64,000 nt of DNA, from positions 11,586 to 75,585 of the forward strand of contig JAUCBJ010003514.1 of NCBI GenBank assembly GCA_032718475.1, given 5' to 3'. The position numbers and the translations under genes were made by a program. Under the pieces are notes generated by a model that did no database searches, had not been told where the DNA came from, and saw nothing but the letters and a program-made list of their open reading frames with translations. This stretch comes from Nemertoderma westbladi (taxonomy: Eukaryota; Animalia; Xenacoelomorpha). This document shows positions 1 to 13,249 of this stretch, in pieces (positions within the stretch are counted from its first letter, which is position 1; each line of letters opens with the position of its first letter).

Positions 1-252
1 TCAGTAGTTAAATATACTTGAACAGTTAAAAGAACCACGGCATCTGCTGGAGTGACCGAAGCACAAAGTCACCAGTCTTGTCCTACGCCAAGCAGCCCGT
101 GTAGTACCGGGGTTAATTTAACTATAACGGTATGTATAACAAACACAATTACTGTATGAATAAACTTGGGGACATGAATGTTGCGAATAATCGCATAAAC
201 TCTGAATAATAAATATTACGCTACCCGTACAGAATACTCAAACAAAATACAG

Positions 253-720
253 ACCAAACGCTGGCAGACTACCACCAAGCCTAAATAAACTACTGTATGT
301 GCAGATTCCAAAACGGTTAGTTAGTATGCGTTCTAACACGGTAGTACGACTTATTCTTTAAGAGGGGATTGACCTTACAGCTATGGCTGCCCCAACTTAC
401 TAACTGGCACTTTATCAGACAAACTCTACACAAGCAGCAATCTTTTCAGACCTAATAATAGCTAGACAACAATCCAGCCTACAAAATATCTGAGTAATAA
501 CTATTACGGTACCTGAACAGACCATACAAACAAACACAAGCCAAAACGCTGGCAGAATACTGTCAAGCCTAAATAAACTACAGTATGTGCAGATTCCAAA
601 ATTGTTAGTTAGTATGCGTTCTAACACGGTAGTACGACTTATTCTTTAAGAGGGGATTGACCTTACAGCGATGGCTGCCCCAACTTACTAACTGGCACTC
701 TATCGGACAAACTCCACACA
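253..720. repeat. Diverged direct repeat, ~180-bp core, period ~288 bp
   Basis: CCAAACGCTGGCAGA...TTAGTTAGTATGCGTTCTAACACGGTAGTACGACTTATTCTTTAAGAGGGGATTGACCTTACAGC... occurs at ~253-430 and again at ~541-720. Confidence 0.85.
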
Positions 721-949
721 CGCCGTAATCTCTCCAAACCCAACAACAATCTAACAACAGTCCGGCCTACAATTATCTGAACAATCTGAGCCGACTTACA
801 CGTCTTCAGCTCAATATTAACTTACTAGGAAATAAAACTGACAGAAATAGACCTAAGTAAAATCCCAATAAAAACCAGGCGTCCCCGATTTAATATCGAG
901 ACCTACCCGTATACAATAATCAAATCGAATAATACTAATGTACTTATAC

Positions 950-1080
950 TGGAAGTACCGGTTAGGACAGTTGGGCCTACGGACCTACAGAAGTACCGGT
1001 TCTGACAGTTGGACCTACGGACCTACAGCAGTACCGGTTCTGGCAGTTGGGCCTACTGACCTACAGAAGTACCGGTTCAG
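950..1080. repeat. Short minisatellite, ~39-bp unit, 3-4 copies
   Basis: Repeated AGTACCGGTTCTG(A/G)CAGTTGG(A/G)CCTACGGACCTACAG. Confidence 0.8.
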
Positions 1081-2441
1081 GTTTACCGGTCGATCGGTAC
1101 TTTCAACTTTATTGCTTACTGCAATAAAGTCAATGACTGTTATTGTACGCGCTTTTGAAGACCTTTAGCAGTTTAACCTGCCAAAATTTATATGTCTTTT
1201 GGTTTATAAATATACTTTAGAAGATGACAAATATTTAATACCAATAAACACAACATTAGCAGAAGCCAGCCTAGTGCGCGTCCATTCACCCGCTGGATAT
1301 TCCCGGGAGACTGGATTCTGAGGGCTTAGATTATTATTGCAGTGAAGCTTACTGTATTGTATTATTCGATTGATCGTTAATAATTAATTTCTGACTAATA
1401 TTATTTACTTTCGGGAAATATTAACAGTTCCTTTAGGACGTGGCGCTCTATCTAGATAAACAGAGATATGACTTATACTAATCACAACGGTAAGTCGGTA
1501 AGGCTTAAGATTCACGTATGAGGCGCATTCTTTAGGAAATGCTTAGTTATCAATCACAATCATGCACACTACCGGTAACACACAATACTGCACACTAATT
1601 TGCCGACCGTCAATGAATTTTATCATATATAAAGAGAACAGCAACGGACCAATGTAGTGCTTATCAAATAGCATTAAATTCACTACAAACCACAACAATA
1701 TAAGTCGCAATCGCTATATATAACCCGTCTCTCTAACCTGTAGTGTATCAAGAAAATTGGGAAATTTGGGTTCTTTATATATGTTCTCCAAATAATATTC
1801 AACCAAAACACAACAGTAAATAGCAGTATAATAATGTATGTTGAACCGATAATATAAAAATAGAAACCAGTTGACATGAATTGATATATGATGTGGACTG
1901 TGTATTGTTATGAATTGTGAGTTGATTTGAGTTGCATTGAGTTGTTATGAATTGATAACAGTCATACGCTCTATAATTTAAGCCTACTAATGTTTCTTCT
2001 AAAAGTATGAAACGAATTGATTCTAGAGCCGTTGTTCCTGGCCTAGACAGCAATAACAACAAAGTATCAAGAAAAAACAGTAAGACTGAACACTCTCCTT
2101 ATGATCGACCGAAAAGCTACACGTCGACAGGAAAAATCGCTCTGATTGGCTCAAGCCAAACAAAGAACCATGCGTCCAATGGCTGTTTCCATGTCAGCAA
2201 CCAGCTGTTAGAAGTCGTAATATGAATCATCACGGCTAAGCTATGAAAGGTATTTGGCGCATTGCAGGTTTTTTGCCTTACCATGTCTGCTAAAACACGT
2301 ATATAGCAGAATGACTTTTATGTCCGTTAAAACACTTGTAACGTTACCTTGCGGGCGAGGGGAATATATATACAGTTAGAGAACCTTTTTAGAGTATTCC
2401 AGCGCCTGGGGGGAAACTGGATTGCGAAGCAAAGGGGCCAG

Positions 2442-3131
2442 TTATATCCCACAGAAGCTTTTACACACAAAGTCAACTTCAGGTTGGAAGAAAACACACT
2501 TCTTGATGTTGAGTGTGACACCATGTTTCTCGAAGCGTTCTAGAACATACCATACAGAGTTTACATTGGTATTGAAGTCATTAGAGTCTATTAGTGTATC
2601 ATCAACAACTTTAGTAACGCTTGATAAACCATCCAGAACAATGTCTCCACGCCAGTTGTACGAATCCCCTGTGCTAGCATAACCCATTGGAGATCGTATA
2701 AATTTATATCGTTTCCATGGTGTTATAAAGGTTGTGAAGTGTTGATCATCTGGATGAAGAGGCATTTGCCAATATCCAGTAACAGCATCAAGTTTCGTAA
2801 AATAACGAGAGTTGGGATTAATGTTTCTCACCGCTTCAACAGGAGACTTTGCAGGATGTCTGGTTGGTTTAATTTGAGCATTTAAACGGCGTAAATCAAC
2901 GCAAATTCGAACGCCGCCATTCGGCTTACTAGCGAATGCCATAGGGTGGCACCAGTCACATGGGATATCCCCTACTGCCTCGATAATTCCTAGGTTCTCT
3001 AACCGATCCAGTTCCTGTTTTATTTTATCTTTATATGCAACTGGAATAGTATAAGGTGTTCGAATTGCGAATGGTTTTGCATCGGGTTTTAATATAATCC
3101 TCATTGGTTCCCCAATATGATCACCAACCAT
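2442..3131 (-). pseudogene. Gypsy reverse transcriptase fragment
   Basis: Motifs VRICVDLRRLN, KLDAVTGYWQM, YKFIRSPMG, VVDDTLI, LNIKKCVF; RNase H and integrase absent. Confidence 0.92.
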
Positions 3132-3987
3132 TGTCTTGAGTTCCTCCTTGCTCTATACTACGAGGAATTGGGTTGGGAAAGTCGTCATGTATAATACGAA
3201 ATGCCTTACATGCGACTTTACTAAGATATAGATTATTGACACCTTCTGCAATAGTAATTGTAACGTTTGCACATTCACCAAGTAGGTAAATCCGGACTAC
3301 AACACATCCAAGTTGTTTAAGTGGCTTGTCACCAATGCTAAATATTTGCGGCCAAATTGGAGGGGATAAATCGGAAGACGATTTTTTTATTCCTCTAAGA
3401 AATTTTACGCCGGCTATAACAACATCAGTCCCAGTATCAGGAATTGCTTCTGCAGTTGTAAGGAATTCAATGGTGTCCACTGTAAATACATCCATAGAAA
3501 CAGTTTCGGTCGTTGGTACTGGAATGTGATTTGTAGCTGCTGCTTTTCCAATAGTTGTAGCTCCAACACTTAATGTGCTTGCTGATGCTTTAGATTTAGC
3601 TAGACGACATACTGAACCGAGATGGTTTTTCTTTTTACAGACATTGCAAGTTTTTCCTCTGGCTGGACATGATGAACCACCACGGTGTCCTACCTGACCA
3701 CAATAGCTGCACTTTGGATTTGCAGAAGTATTGTGATAATCCTTCTGTTTATCCGCCACCTTACAATTGTCAGTATTTTGAGATTTGTTCCAACCCGATT
3801 CCTTGTTCTTTTTGTAATTTGATTTTTTAATGGTTGCAGCAATCGAAGGTTTCTCTCCACCATTGCCAGTAGCCAGTGATTTGATGGCTCCATATGACTC
3901 TTCTAGAGCCAACATCAACTTCTTGGCTTCAACTACAGTTGGTGGACGTTCTTTGATCACTTCTCTCCGAATTTCCTCGTTTTTCAC
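3121..3987 (-). pseudogene. Gypsy gag C-terminus (zinc knuckles) plus aspartic protease
   Basis: CSYCGQVGHRGGSSCPARGKTCNVCKKKNHLGSVC; protease motif IPDTGTDV and flap-end YLSKVAC. Confidence 0.85.
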
Positions 3988-4017
3988 ACCGAGAATTAAT
4001 AAGGCTATGTGAAGCTG

Positions 4018-4812
4018 TTACTTGTCAACTTCTACCCATTTAAGCTTTTCTTCAATATCTGATAAAAAGAATGCCATTGACGACAATTGGCGTACTTTTA
4101 ATAATATTTGCCAATCCAATGCTTGGTTGCGTTTGTCACGCAGATGTTTCTCAATTAATTGAATGGCCTCGTTTACGTGAGTTATCTGTTCATAGTCAAT
4201 ATCCATGACATGACGGACCTCTGAAGCAAACGAAGCTGAAAAACATGACCAAAGCATTCCAATCTGGTTTCTAGGTGGCATAGCCTTAAGATTTGATGCT
4301 TGAACATAAATGCGCCATACCTGGAGCCAACCATCAAATTGTTTGGCATCAATACCGGCTTCAATAACTGAAGGGGTTTTAATGGTTTTTGATGCGGCTG
4401 CTAGGTGTGGACGAATTTCTGATTCGTGGGATCGAAATTCGCCATGGTGACCAGTTGGTGGATGGGTACGCGGTTTTAAATCAATCGATGTGTCTACCAT
4501 TGCTGCTAAATCGTCAATAGCTGCAGCTTTCTCCCCCAAAGTAATATAGTCGTCATCAATAGATGGGTCAACTTCTGTCAATATACTAACATTTATATGC
4601 GCAGCTTCATAAGCTTCATACGCACCATGGAGACGTTTGAGTCGTTGGTTTAGTCGGCTAATGTCTGCAGCTGTTCTCTCTGTTGGATCCAACCTGTTGA
4701 CTTCGTCGAGAGCTTTTATCAAGTTGTTCTCAGCCATTGTGAGTTGACCTTTTAAAGCTCCTCTTCGACGCTTTGCAGCCCCAACTTCATCTTGTTTCCC
4801 TGTCATTGACAT
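4018..4812 (-). pseudogene. Gypsy gag N-terminal part (disrupted)
   Basis: 264-aa ORF starting ~50 nt after the PBS, upstream of and out of frame with the knuckle/protease ORF. Confidence 0.75.
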
Positions 4813-4860
4813 GCTAACTTTAGGGTGAGAAATGGGATTAATTCACGTAGGTAATTTGAT

Positions 4861-4872
4861 TTCACTGCGCCA
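4861..4872 (-). promoter_or_regulatory. Primer-binding site of the Gypsy element (probably tRNA-Ser-like)
   Basis: TGGCGCAGTGAA immediately after the LTR terminus ...ATAACA on the minus strand; tRNA identity is inferred. Confidence 0.7.
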
Positions 4873-5239
4873 TGTTATATTCCATTATAACGAAATAAAA
4901 TAATTGAATTATAATATGATAATTATAATATTTAAATGTTAAATGAAATAAAGTAACTAAAATCTTTCAAAGATTTGATAAATTAACTTTAGTCATAATT
5001 ATTCAATTGTAATCGCCACAGAGCGAATTAATTTCCCCATACACAATACCCCTATGATATAATGCTATACCCAATAACCACTGGATAAAGTACTTCAGCT
5101 GGTATTCAGTATTAATATGAAGAGTTATTAGTTCGCATTGCGGATAGCTGTGAAATGGGAATTCCCTCTAATAAACAATATTGTGGTTCACAGTTAAATC
5201 AGATTGTTGATTGTATAAACAATCATTACACTCACCTGA

Positions 5240-7040
5240 CTTCCGGATCCATGATCCCAGGTAACAGAAGTCGTCCACATGGTCAAGCATACCATCCTTT
5301 GAGCTTATGCTCATCCGATCAGAGACTTGCTGAGGACTTTCAAAGTTAACTGTCAGAATTTTGGTCTTTCTGGAGTTAATAAAAAGACCAACACTAGAAG
5401 CAGCATGTTCTAATGAGCTGAGGAGCCGTTGCGCTCCCTCTAATGATTCTGAGAGTACTCCTAAGTCATCAGCAACGTCTAGATCAGTTAGGTACTTGGC
5501 AGGATTTCCTCGACTTCTGGAGCCAGTAGGTGGAGTTATCATCACCCCATCATCATTATAATGATCTAAGGACATGCGTAGAACATAGTCAACCACAATA
5601 ATGAACAAGAATGGTGCAAGTGTGTCTCCTTGGAGGACGCCCCATAACACTTCAAATGGTTCTGTGTCACCGTCAACAGTAGACACAAATGTTGTCGAAC
5701 CATCGTATACTGATCTGATTGCTGCAATAATTTCATTGGGAATCCCATATAATGAAAGTATGCTGAACATACGTGAGCGAGAGACTGAATCAAAGGCCTT
5801 GAAGAAGTCAACAAAGATAACAGCCAGATGCCTGTCTTTCCTTTTTGATAACTCTTCAATTATCCTTCTAAGTGCCAAAATGGGCTCCATGGTCCCACGA
5901 CCTTTACGGAACCCATTCTGATTTCCACGGAGCATTCTCTCAATGGGATCCTTGATGCGATTTAATAGAATCCTATTGTATAGCTTTGCAGCAATCGAGA
6001 TCAATGAAATTCCCCGAAAAGAACCATAGAGTGTTAGGTTGCCCTTCTTGGGAACTGGCACCAACTTATTTGTTTTCATTTCTTGTGGGACTCTTGTTGT
6101 TCGGTACATGTCTACTATGATGGGATAGATGAGCTTTAAACACTCAGGTATTTTAAAGACCTCAGGGGGAACACCATCTACTCCACTGGCACGATTGGTC
6201 TTAATACTCTTTGCAGCAGCCTTCACTTCTGCAAAGGAGATATCGCCAATGGGAATATCTGGGAGTACAGACTCAGACACTTTTACTTCTATAAAGTTAT
6301 CAGGCAATACCCTGTCATTATTGAGGAGCTTTTCAAAGTGGGCTTTCCAACCATTGAGGCGATCGGCTGGTGATTCAGCCTTAACCTTGGTGGTTGGTTG
6401 GCTTTTCCGCCCAGTAAGCAGATTGATCGATTTCCATGCCTGGGATGATTGCCTGCTGTCGTCAGCATCATTGATGGCATCAACCTGTTGGTTTATTAGC
6501 TCCTGTAGAGTACTGCCTGTTCAGGGACCTAGATGCAGCCTTAACTGCATTTTTGGCCGCTGTAGTCTGTTTAAGTCGGGACTCTTTCTGCGCCTTATGA
6601 AGGTCATTTCGGCACTTCTGAATTTTGTTGTCAGTCCAGGGGGCCCTTTTCCTGTTTCGAGGGTATACAGGAACTGTTTCTGCAGCTGCTAACTTAACTG
6701 CTTCTGTAAAGGCAGTATAGCCGTCACAGTAATCTGCCGCCTCAGAGGCAAGAGCCTCATACCTGTTGCTCAGCTGTAGTGTGAAGCTGGATCTCACACT
6801 TGGCTGTTGCAACAGAGAGGACCAGTCATGCCGCGGCAAGGCAGATTTCGTTGTTCTGCTAGCACGCAGACTAAGTCTTACCTTGGCCACAATAAGGCGG
6901 TGATCACTGGAGAAGGGTCGAAGTGTAAATGCATTACAGTCTTGTATAGAGCTCTTGTATTTCCTACGAAACAGAATATGGTCTATCTGGGACTTGTGAC
7001 CACTGGGTGCACAGTAACAGTGCCGCACCGGTATGTCATT
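5240..7040 (-). mobile_element. RTE-clade non-LTR retrotransposon fragment (APE endonuclease end plus RT), frameshifted
   Basis: SQIDHIL and SDHRLI (APE); FRGISLIS, QNGFRKGRGT, VDFFKAFDSV, GVLQGDTLAPFLF, VADDL, FCYLGSWI (RT). Ends where the Gypsy LTR begins. Confidence 0.9.
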
Positions 7041-7254
7041 ACTTCGAAGTCTCTAGCTATGATTCTCTATAAGCAAACATAATTTCAACTCTGGAAATGA
7101 GGCGTTGCAGAGAAATTTAACTTTACTTCTTAAAACACATAATCCCTCGTAGCAGACGTCAGACTGCATGATTATTTACCAAACGTTATAAAAAAATTTA
7201 CTAAACTTTCCCTCTACTCCTTACCTACCTACTGTACTATGTTTGGTTCAATTC

Positions 7255-7388
7255 CGAACCAGCGATGCGGAGAAATTCGCGTTCAAAAATGTAGCAGACA
7301 GACAGACAGACATAAGGACGGACGGGCAGACAGACGGACATGCCACATTTATACCAAAGCTCGCCGACTACGTGTCTCGCCCCACATA
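7255..7388 (+). mobile_element. Short dispersed element with (GACA)n core
   Basis: (CAGA)n tract followed by ...GCTCGCCGACTACGTGTCTCGCCCCAC; related to the elements at 9351-9571 and 41870-42135, which lie in the opposite orientation. Confidence 0.5.
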
Positions 7389-7559
7389 CAGTACTAATAC
7401 AATACATGGATTAAAATAAATTGGTAAAATGGTAACTACAGTATTAAAGTTCCGCAGACGGATTAGTATCTGGGGCACCTGGGCGTACCAGACACCATCG
7501 GTGGGGCCGACCAGCAGAGTGGTAAAGCCAATTGAATGCCAAGCGGTGGTTAAATAAAC

Positions 7560-8300
7560 AACCGGGTAACCATGGAATTACAGCAACAAAAGTAGGCCTA
7601 ATCCAAACGAATCATTTTTTCATAAACAAATTAATGTGACTTGTTAATTGATTGCATGCGACGTCTACAGTATGTCACTGTTGGGATTTAATTCGTGGTA
7701 CTAGTCAGGTTTTTACATCTGTTACTTAATTAGGTATATAAAACTATAATTATTAATCATTTTGCTGATTCGATCATCTATTTTAAAACATTTTTTTTAA
7801 ATAAAAATATTTATTACAGAGAATATATCAAAATTGTTTCTGAATTACAAAAGCTTATATCACAACGATAATACATTTAATATTTTTAAAAATTGTGTCT
7901 AAATTACTGAAAGTATATGGAAGATTTTGTAGGCCTACATTCACATTATTCCGAGACACGGTTAATCTACTGTAGTAGGTGTCTGCGATTTCGTCCAGGC
8001 CACTGAGTACTGTGGATTGGGCCAATTGTGTTGATAACAAGATAAGGCATAGGATTGTACGGGTGTATGAAGTGGGAGTTCTCGTGTGTTTGTGATAGAG
8101 TAAAAGGTTAAAGGCACAAGAAAAACCATTGTACAGTATATTGTTTAAAAAGCTCGTTGACAGTTCCATTGTTCCTATAGCACCTCAAATCCAGCCAACA
8201 CAAATTAAGGAATACTGTACAATAGAAAGAAATATACTTTCCATGCCCTTTATTTTGTACTTATTATGCCTTATATAATTTGGTTTAATGCACTATATGA
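7560..8300 (+). repeat. Older diverged local duplicate of ~8720-9700
   Basis: Collinear blocks (CGAATCATTTT..CATAAACA; TCATTTTGCTGATTC; TCTGCGATTTCGTCCAGGCCACTGAGTACTG; AGCACCTCAAATCCA); lacks the 9351-9571 insertion. Confidence 0.8.
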
Positions 8301-9350
8301 TTATGAATATGAATGAATATGGTCGCAAAGCAAGACAAATTACACAATGAACACTAAATCATATTCTATGTGCCTTCAAAATGGCGTTGGTTCCACCTCC
8401 GTAGCTCCAACAGTTCTGCACATAATGTCATACTGTCTAATTATTTAGTAATTAAAGTATTATAATTTAAAAGCCAAGTTTTTGTAGAGCTCACCGAGAC
8501 AAACAATAACGCTAGTCATTGTATATACAATAATAATTGTTCCGAGCCAAAAGTATAAGCCATAGCAACAGTACAGTAGGTCATGCAATATTAATCAAGG
8601 AATTCATAATTATTATGTATACTGTATTAAAACCAAACCACTACAGGCGCCACCAATAGGCCTTCTGCTTTTCTAATTCAAGGAGTGAAAACCAAATCCA
8701 AAGTGGTGGGAATTAAAAAACCACAGGGTAACCAAGGATGACAACAAAATAAACGTAATTAGTCATGCGAATCATTTTGTCATAAACATATTATTGTGAC
8801 TTATTAATAATCATGCAATGTCACTGTTGGATTTAAATTCGCGGTAGTCTACAGTACTTCTCGTGTTTTTACTTATGTTAGGCCTAGGCTACTTAATTCT
8901 TTATATGAAACTATTATTAATCATTTTGCTGATTCAAGCATCAATGTTAAAACATTTATTCAAACCAAATTATTTATCACAGAGAATAATAAATCATTAA
9001 AGTGTTTCTAAATACGATAAAAATGTTTCTGAATTACATAAGCTTGTATCACAACGATAATACATTTACAATTTTAACCAATGTGTCTGTCCAAATATGT
9101 ATATGAAATATTTTACTATTCCGGGACAGAATCTACAGTATAGGCTTATACTGTACACTGGGTATCTGCGATTTCGTCCAGGCCACTGAGTACTGTAGGT
9201 TGGGCCAACTGTGTTGATAACAAGATAAAGGCATAGCTTTGTACGGATGTATAAGAGATGGTTCTCGCGTGTTTGCTATAGAGTAAAACGTTAAAGTTAC
9301 AGTGCATGAGAAATCCGTTGTATATTGTCAGAAAGCACGTTGACACTTAC

Positions 9351-9571
9351 AGTGTGGGGCGAGCCACGCAGTCAGGGCGAACCTTAGCGCACAATTATAA
9401 TTAGTAAATAGGGCAAAATTTCATGCCCGTCTGTCTGTCTGTCTGCCTGTCTCTGTGTCTGTCTGCCTAGGTCTGTCTGTCTAGGTCTGTCTGTCTCTCT
9501 ATCTGTCCATCCGTCCGTCCAGATCAAATCGAACTTGCTCAAGTTCGCGTGCTGCGCGACGCCCCAGAAAT
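9351..9571 (-). mobile_element. Short dispersed element with (TCTG)n core
   Basis: Present here and at ~41870-42135, absent from the paralogous site near 8165. Confidence 0.6.
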
Positions 9572-10469
9572 TTGTTCCTATTGCATTTAGCACCTCAAAT
9601 CCAACCAAAACTAAAATAAGGTACTACAATATAAAGAATTATACTTTTCATGCTTTTCACTTTTTTTACTTATTATGCCCCTTATAATTGGTTTAATGCC
9701 TTATATAATTTTACTACTTTTTATGCCCTGTATTTTTCCCCATTTTCCCAAAATAGTGGAGAGTTTGGGAAGAATTGGATAAGTGTAAACAACTGAAGGT
9801 ACGCGCTGCAGTTATAGGTACAAAAATTTAAAATTACGAATTCGTAGGATAGAATTAAAATGGGAACAAATAGTGTTTGACCTACATATTATATGCTTCG
9901 TACTCTACTTCTTAAATGAGAACTACTGTGCAGTAGATGATCAATTGTTGTGATCCAATTATCACCTGACTCATTTAATGATTATGGAATTTTTGAGAGA
10001 TTCAAAAACCTTCATTTTTTATGCTCCATGGGATAATGCTCTGTGGGGGGACTTTCGACGCAGTAAAAATTTATCTCTCTCCAGGGGAATTCGTCGCAAA
10101 TAACAGCTGATTACTGCAAAAATAAAACTGTAACCTGTTTTCATTGAGTTCGTTTATTATTTTGGTTAGAATGACGTTTTACTGTAACCTACTTCTTTCC
10201 CTAAATTGAGAATAACATTTTAGGTTAAAAATTGTAGAATATTTGAAATAATGACGATGCTTTACCTGTATAATAATATAATGCGTTCCCTTTTTTAAAT
10301 AACTATCGGTGAAAGCACCATACAGTAAACTGTACATGGTTTGTAATCCGTAAGGAATATATATGTAGGGCATAAAAGTACTTATGAATGGGAGATCTTT
10401 TAGGCTCGCTGCTTGGAAGCACGGGAATGTCACCACTAGACCAAGTTGCTGCGAGCAGCAAAGTTGTAG

Positions 10470-12181
10470 TGGGACAGTCTATATGCGTTCAGTGGGCAGT
10501 GGAACAATCTATATGGCGTTCAGTTGCCTTAGGACAGTCTATATGGCGTTCAGTTGCTGTGGAACAGTCTTTGTGGCGTTCATTGGCCAGTGGCACAGTC
10601 TATATGGCGTTCACTGGCGTGGGACAGTCAATATGGCGTTCAGTTGCTGTGGGACAGTCTATATGGCGTTCAGTGGCCAGGGGGACAGTCAATATGGCGT
10701 TTAGTTGCTGTGCGACAGTCTGTATGGGGTTCAGTGGCCAGTTGGACAATCTACATGGCGTTCAGTTGCTGTGGGACAGTCTTTGTGGCGTTCATTGGCC
10801 CGTGGGACAGTCTATATGATGTTCAATGGCCAGTGGGGCAATCTATATGGCGTTCACTGGCTATGGGACAACAGTCTGTATGGCGTTCAGTGGCCAGTGG
10901 GGCAGTCTTTAGGGCGTTTACTGGCTGTGGGACAGTCAATATGGCGTTCAGTTGCTGTGGGACAACAGTCTGTATGGCGTTCAGTGGCCAGTGGGACAGT
11001 CTTTAGGGCGTTCACTGGCTGTGGGACAGTCAATATGGCGTTCAGTTGCTGTGGGAGAGTCTATAAGGCGTTCAGTGGCCAGGGGGACAGTCAATATGGC
11101 GTTCAGTTGCTGTGGGACAGTCTGTATGGGGTTCAGTGGCCAGTTGGACAATCTACATGGCGTTCAGTTGCTGTGGGACAGTCTTTGTGGCGTTCATTGG
11201 CCCGTGGGACAGTCTATATGACGTTCAGCGGCCAGTGGGGCAATCTATATGGCGTTCAGTTGCTGTGGGACAACAGTCTGTATGGCGTTCAGTGGCCAGT
11301 GGGACAGTCTTTAGGGCGTTCACTGGCTGTGGGACAGTCAATATGGCGTTCAGTTGCTGTGGGACAACAGTCTGTATGGCGTTCAGTGTCCAGTGGGACA
11401 GTCTTTAGGGCGTTCACTGGCTGTGGGACAGTCAATATGGCGTTCAGTTGCTGTGGGTGAGTCTATATGGCGTTCAGTGGCCAGGGGGACAGTCAATATG
11501 GCGTTCAGTTGCTGTGGGACAGTCTGTATGGCGTTCAGTGGCCAGTGGGACAGTCTTTGTGGCGTTCATTGGCCCGTGGGACAGTCTATATGACGTTCAG
11601 TGGCCAGTGGGGCAATCTATACGGCGTTCAGTGGCCAGGGGGACAGTCAATATGGCGTTCAGTTGCTGTGGGACAGTCTGTATGGGGTTCAGTGGCCAGT
11701 TGGACAATCTACATGGCGTTCAGTTGCTGTGGGACAGTCTTTGTGGCGTTCATTGGCCCATGGGACAGTCTATATGACGTTCAGTGGCCAGTGGGGCAAT
11801 CTATATGGCGTTCAGTTGCTGTGGGACAACAGTCTGTATGGCGTTCAGTGGCCAGTGGGACAGTCTTTAGGGCGTTCACTGGCTGTGGGACAGTCAATAT
11901 GGCGTTCAGTTGCTGTGGGACAACAGTCTGTATGGCGTTCAGTGGCCAGTGGGACAGTCTTTAGGGCGTTCATTGGCCAGTGGGGCAGCAGTCTATATGG
12001 CGTTCAGTTGCTGTGAGACAGACTTTGTGGCATTCATTGGCCAGTGGGACAGTCTATATGACGTTCAGTGGCCAGTGGGGCAATCTATATGGCATTCACT
12101 GGCTATGGGACAGTCTATATGACGCTCAGTTTCTGTAGGATAGTCTATATGGCATTCAGTTGCTGTGGGACAGTCTGTATG
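10470..12181 (+). repeat. 30/31-bp satellite array (GGGACAGTCTATATGGCGTTCAGT[TGCT/GGCCA]GT)
   Basis: About 55 head-to-tail variant monomers; some variant blocks recur (near 10681, 11082, 11638). Confidence 0.97.
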
Positions 12182-13249
12182 TCAATAAGACAATGAACCA
12201 TAACCATATCATAAAAAGCATTCGGAAAATTAGTTACCAATCTCCTAATTGATGAATATGTACAAAAATTTGTAGGATATTTCTTTATTGAAGTCACTAC
12301 TTAAAATTATTACTTAGATTAGATAGTAAGTAGTCTTACAAGAACACATTAAACTTATTGAAACTGTGAATTCAATCTACAAAAATGGAAATGAATTTGG
12401 TTAGTGTTATGTGTTCTTATCTGTAGTATATCACTCACTGTTATTGTATAGATATAGGCCTAGCCTAATTTGATAAGTGTATATTTTTCAACGCTTAGTT
12501 AAATATCACAGTTAACGGGTGGTTTTAGATGAAACGAAATTACAATACTACAAAACTACACACATTTTCAACATTTGAATCCCGTAATTTATGCTTTTTC
12601 AATCGTGAATCCGATTGAGGTTGATACAGTAGTAATATATCAAGCTTGTCCATCAGCTGTAAATTGTTTCACGGCTTCACAATTTCACGGACAATTGTCA
12701 TTTATCATTGGAGATTTTAATTTCCTTCTGGGCTAATTGCAATTTGTATATTGTTTTTGATCAGTGCAGCTACAATAGTCAGTTTCCCAACGCACAGAAC
12801 GGCCACACATTGCATTTGATATTAACTCATATGGAAGATCCGGAAAATAATTAGCAAGATTTATGTATCTGATATTGGGTCATCAAGTGTGATCATGTTG
12901 AAGTTTTATTTATACCAAGTTTTACATAACCAACTATATCGAATCAATAACATACAGAAAGGTAATAAATGAAAAAAATGAAAATTTGAAAAATAAAAAT
13001 AAAAATAAAAAATGTTGCAATGGAACAATTTTTGAATAATTTGGGGAGTTCGACCTTATGCAAATCTACACCAACGGATGTTAACACATCGGTTGCTAAC
13101 TACTGTATGACTCAACTTTATCGAGAGTTTTGGATATTCATGCGCCACTTAAATAAATCATCGCCTGAAATCATTGAACTCAAAATTACATTATTAACAT
13201 ACAACTTAACTGCAATCATCGAGTTAGTTCATGAATATCTATTGGCGCC

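Larger units (their letters stand above)
2442..5230 (-). mobile_element. Ty3/Gypsy LTR retrotransposon (Mag-like), 3'-truncated: 5' LTR, PBS, gag, protease, partial RT
   Basis: LTR 4873-~5230 (TGTTAT...ATTACA). On the minus strand it is followed directly by TGGCGCAGTGAA (tRNA-type PBS). Gag, double Cys-His knuckle, DTG protease and RT ORFs follow in order; sequence breaks off near 2442. Confidence 0.9.

Noticed and set aside
10384-12122. CRISPR-like array or repetitive protein gene (also 43276-45613 and 49529-50579)
   Set aside because: Monomers are head-to-tail with no unique spacers and no cas genes; ORFs appear in all three frames because the unit lacks stops.
12895-12961. Candidate ATG-bearing first exon
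   Set aside because: Ends in phase 1 whereas the next exon needs phase 0, and it is deleted in copy B.
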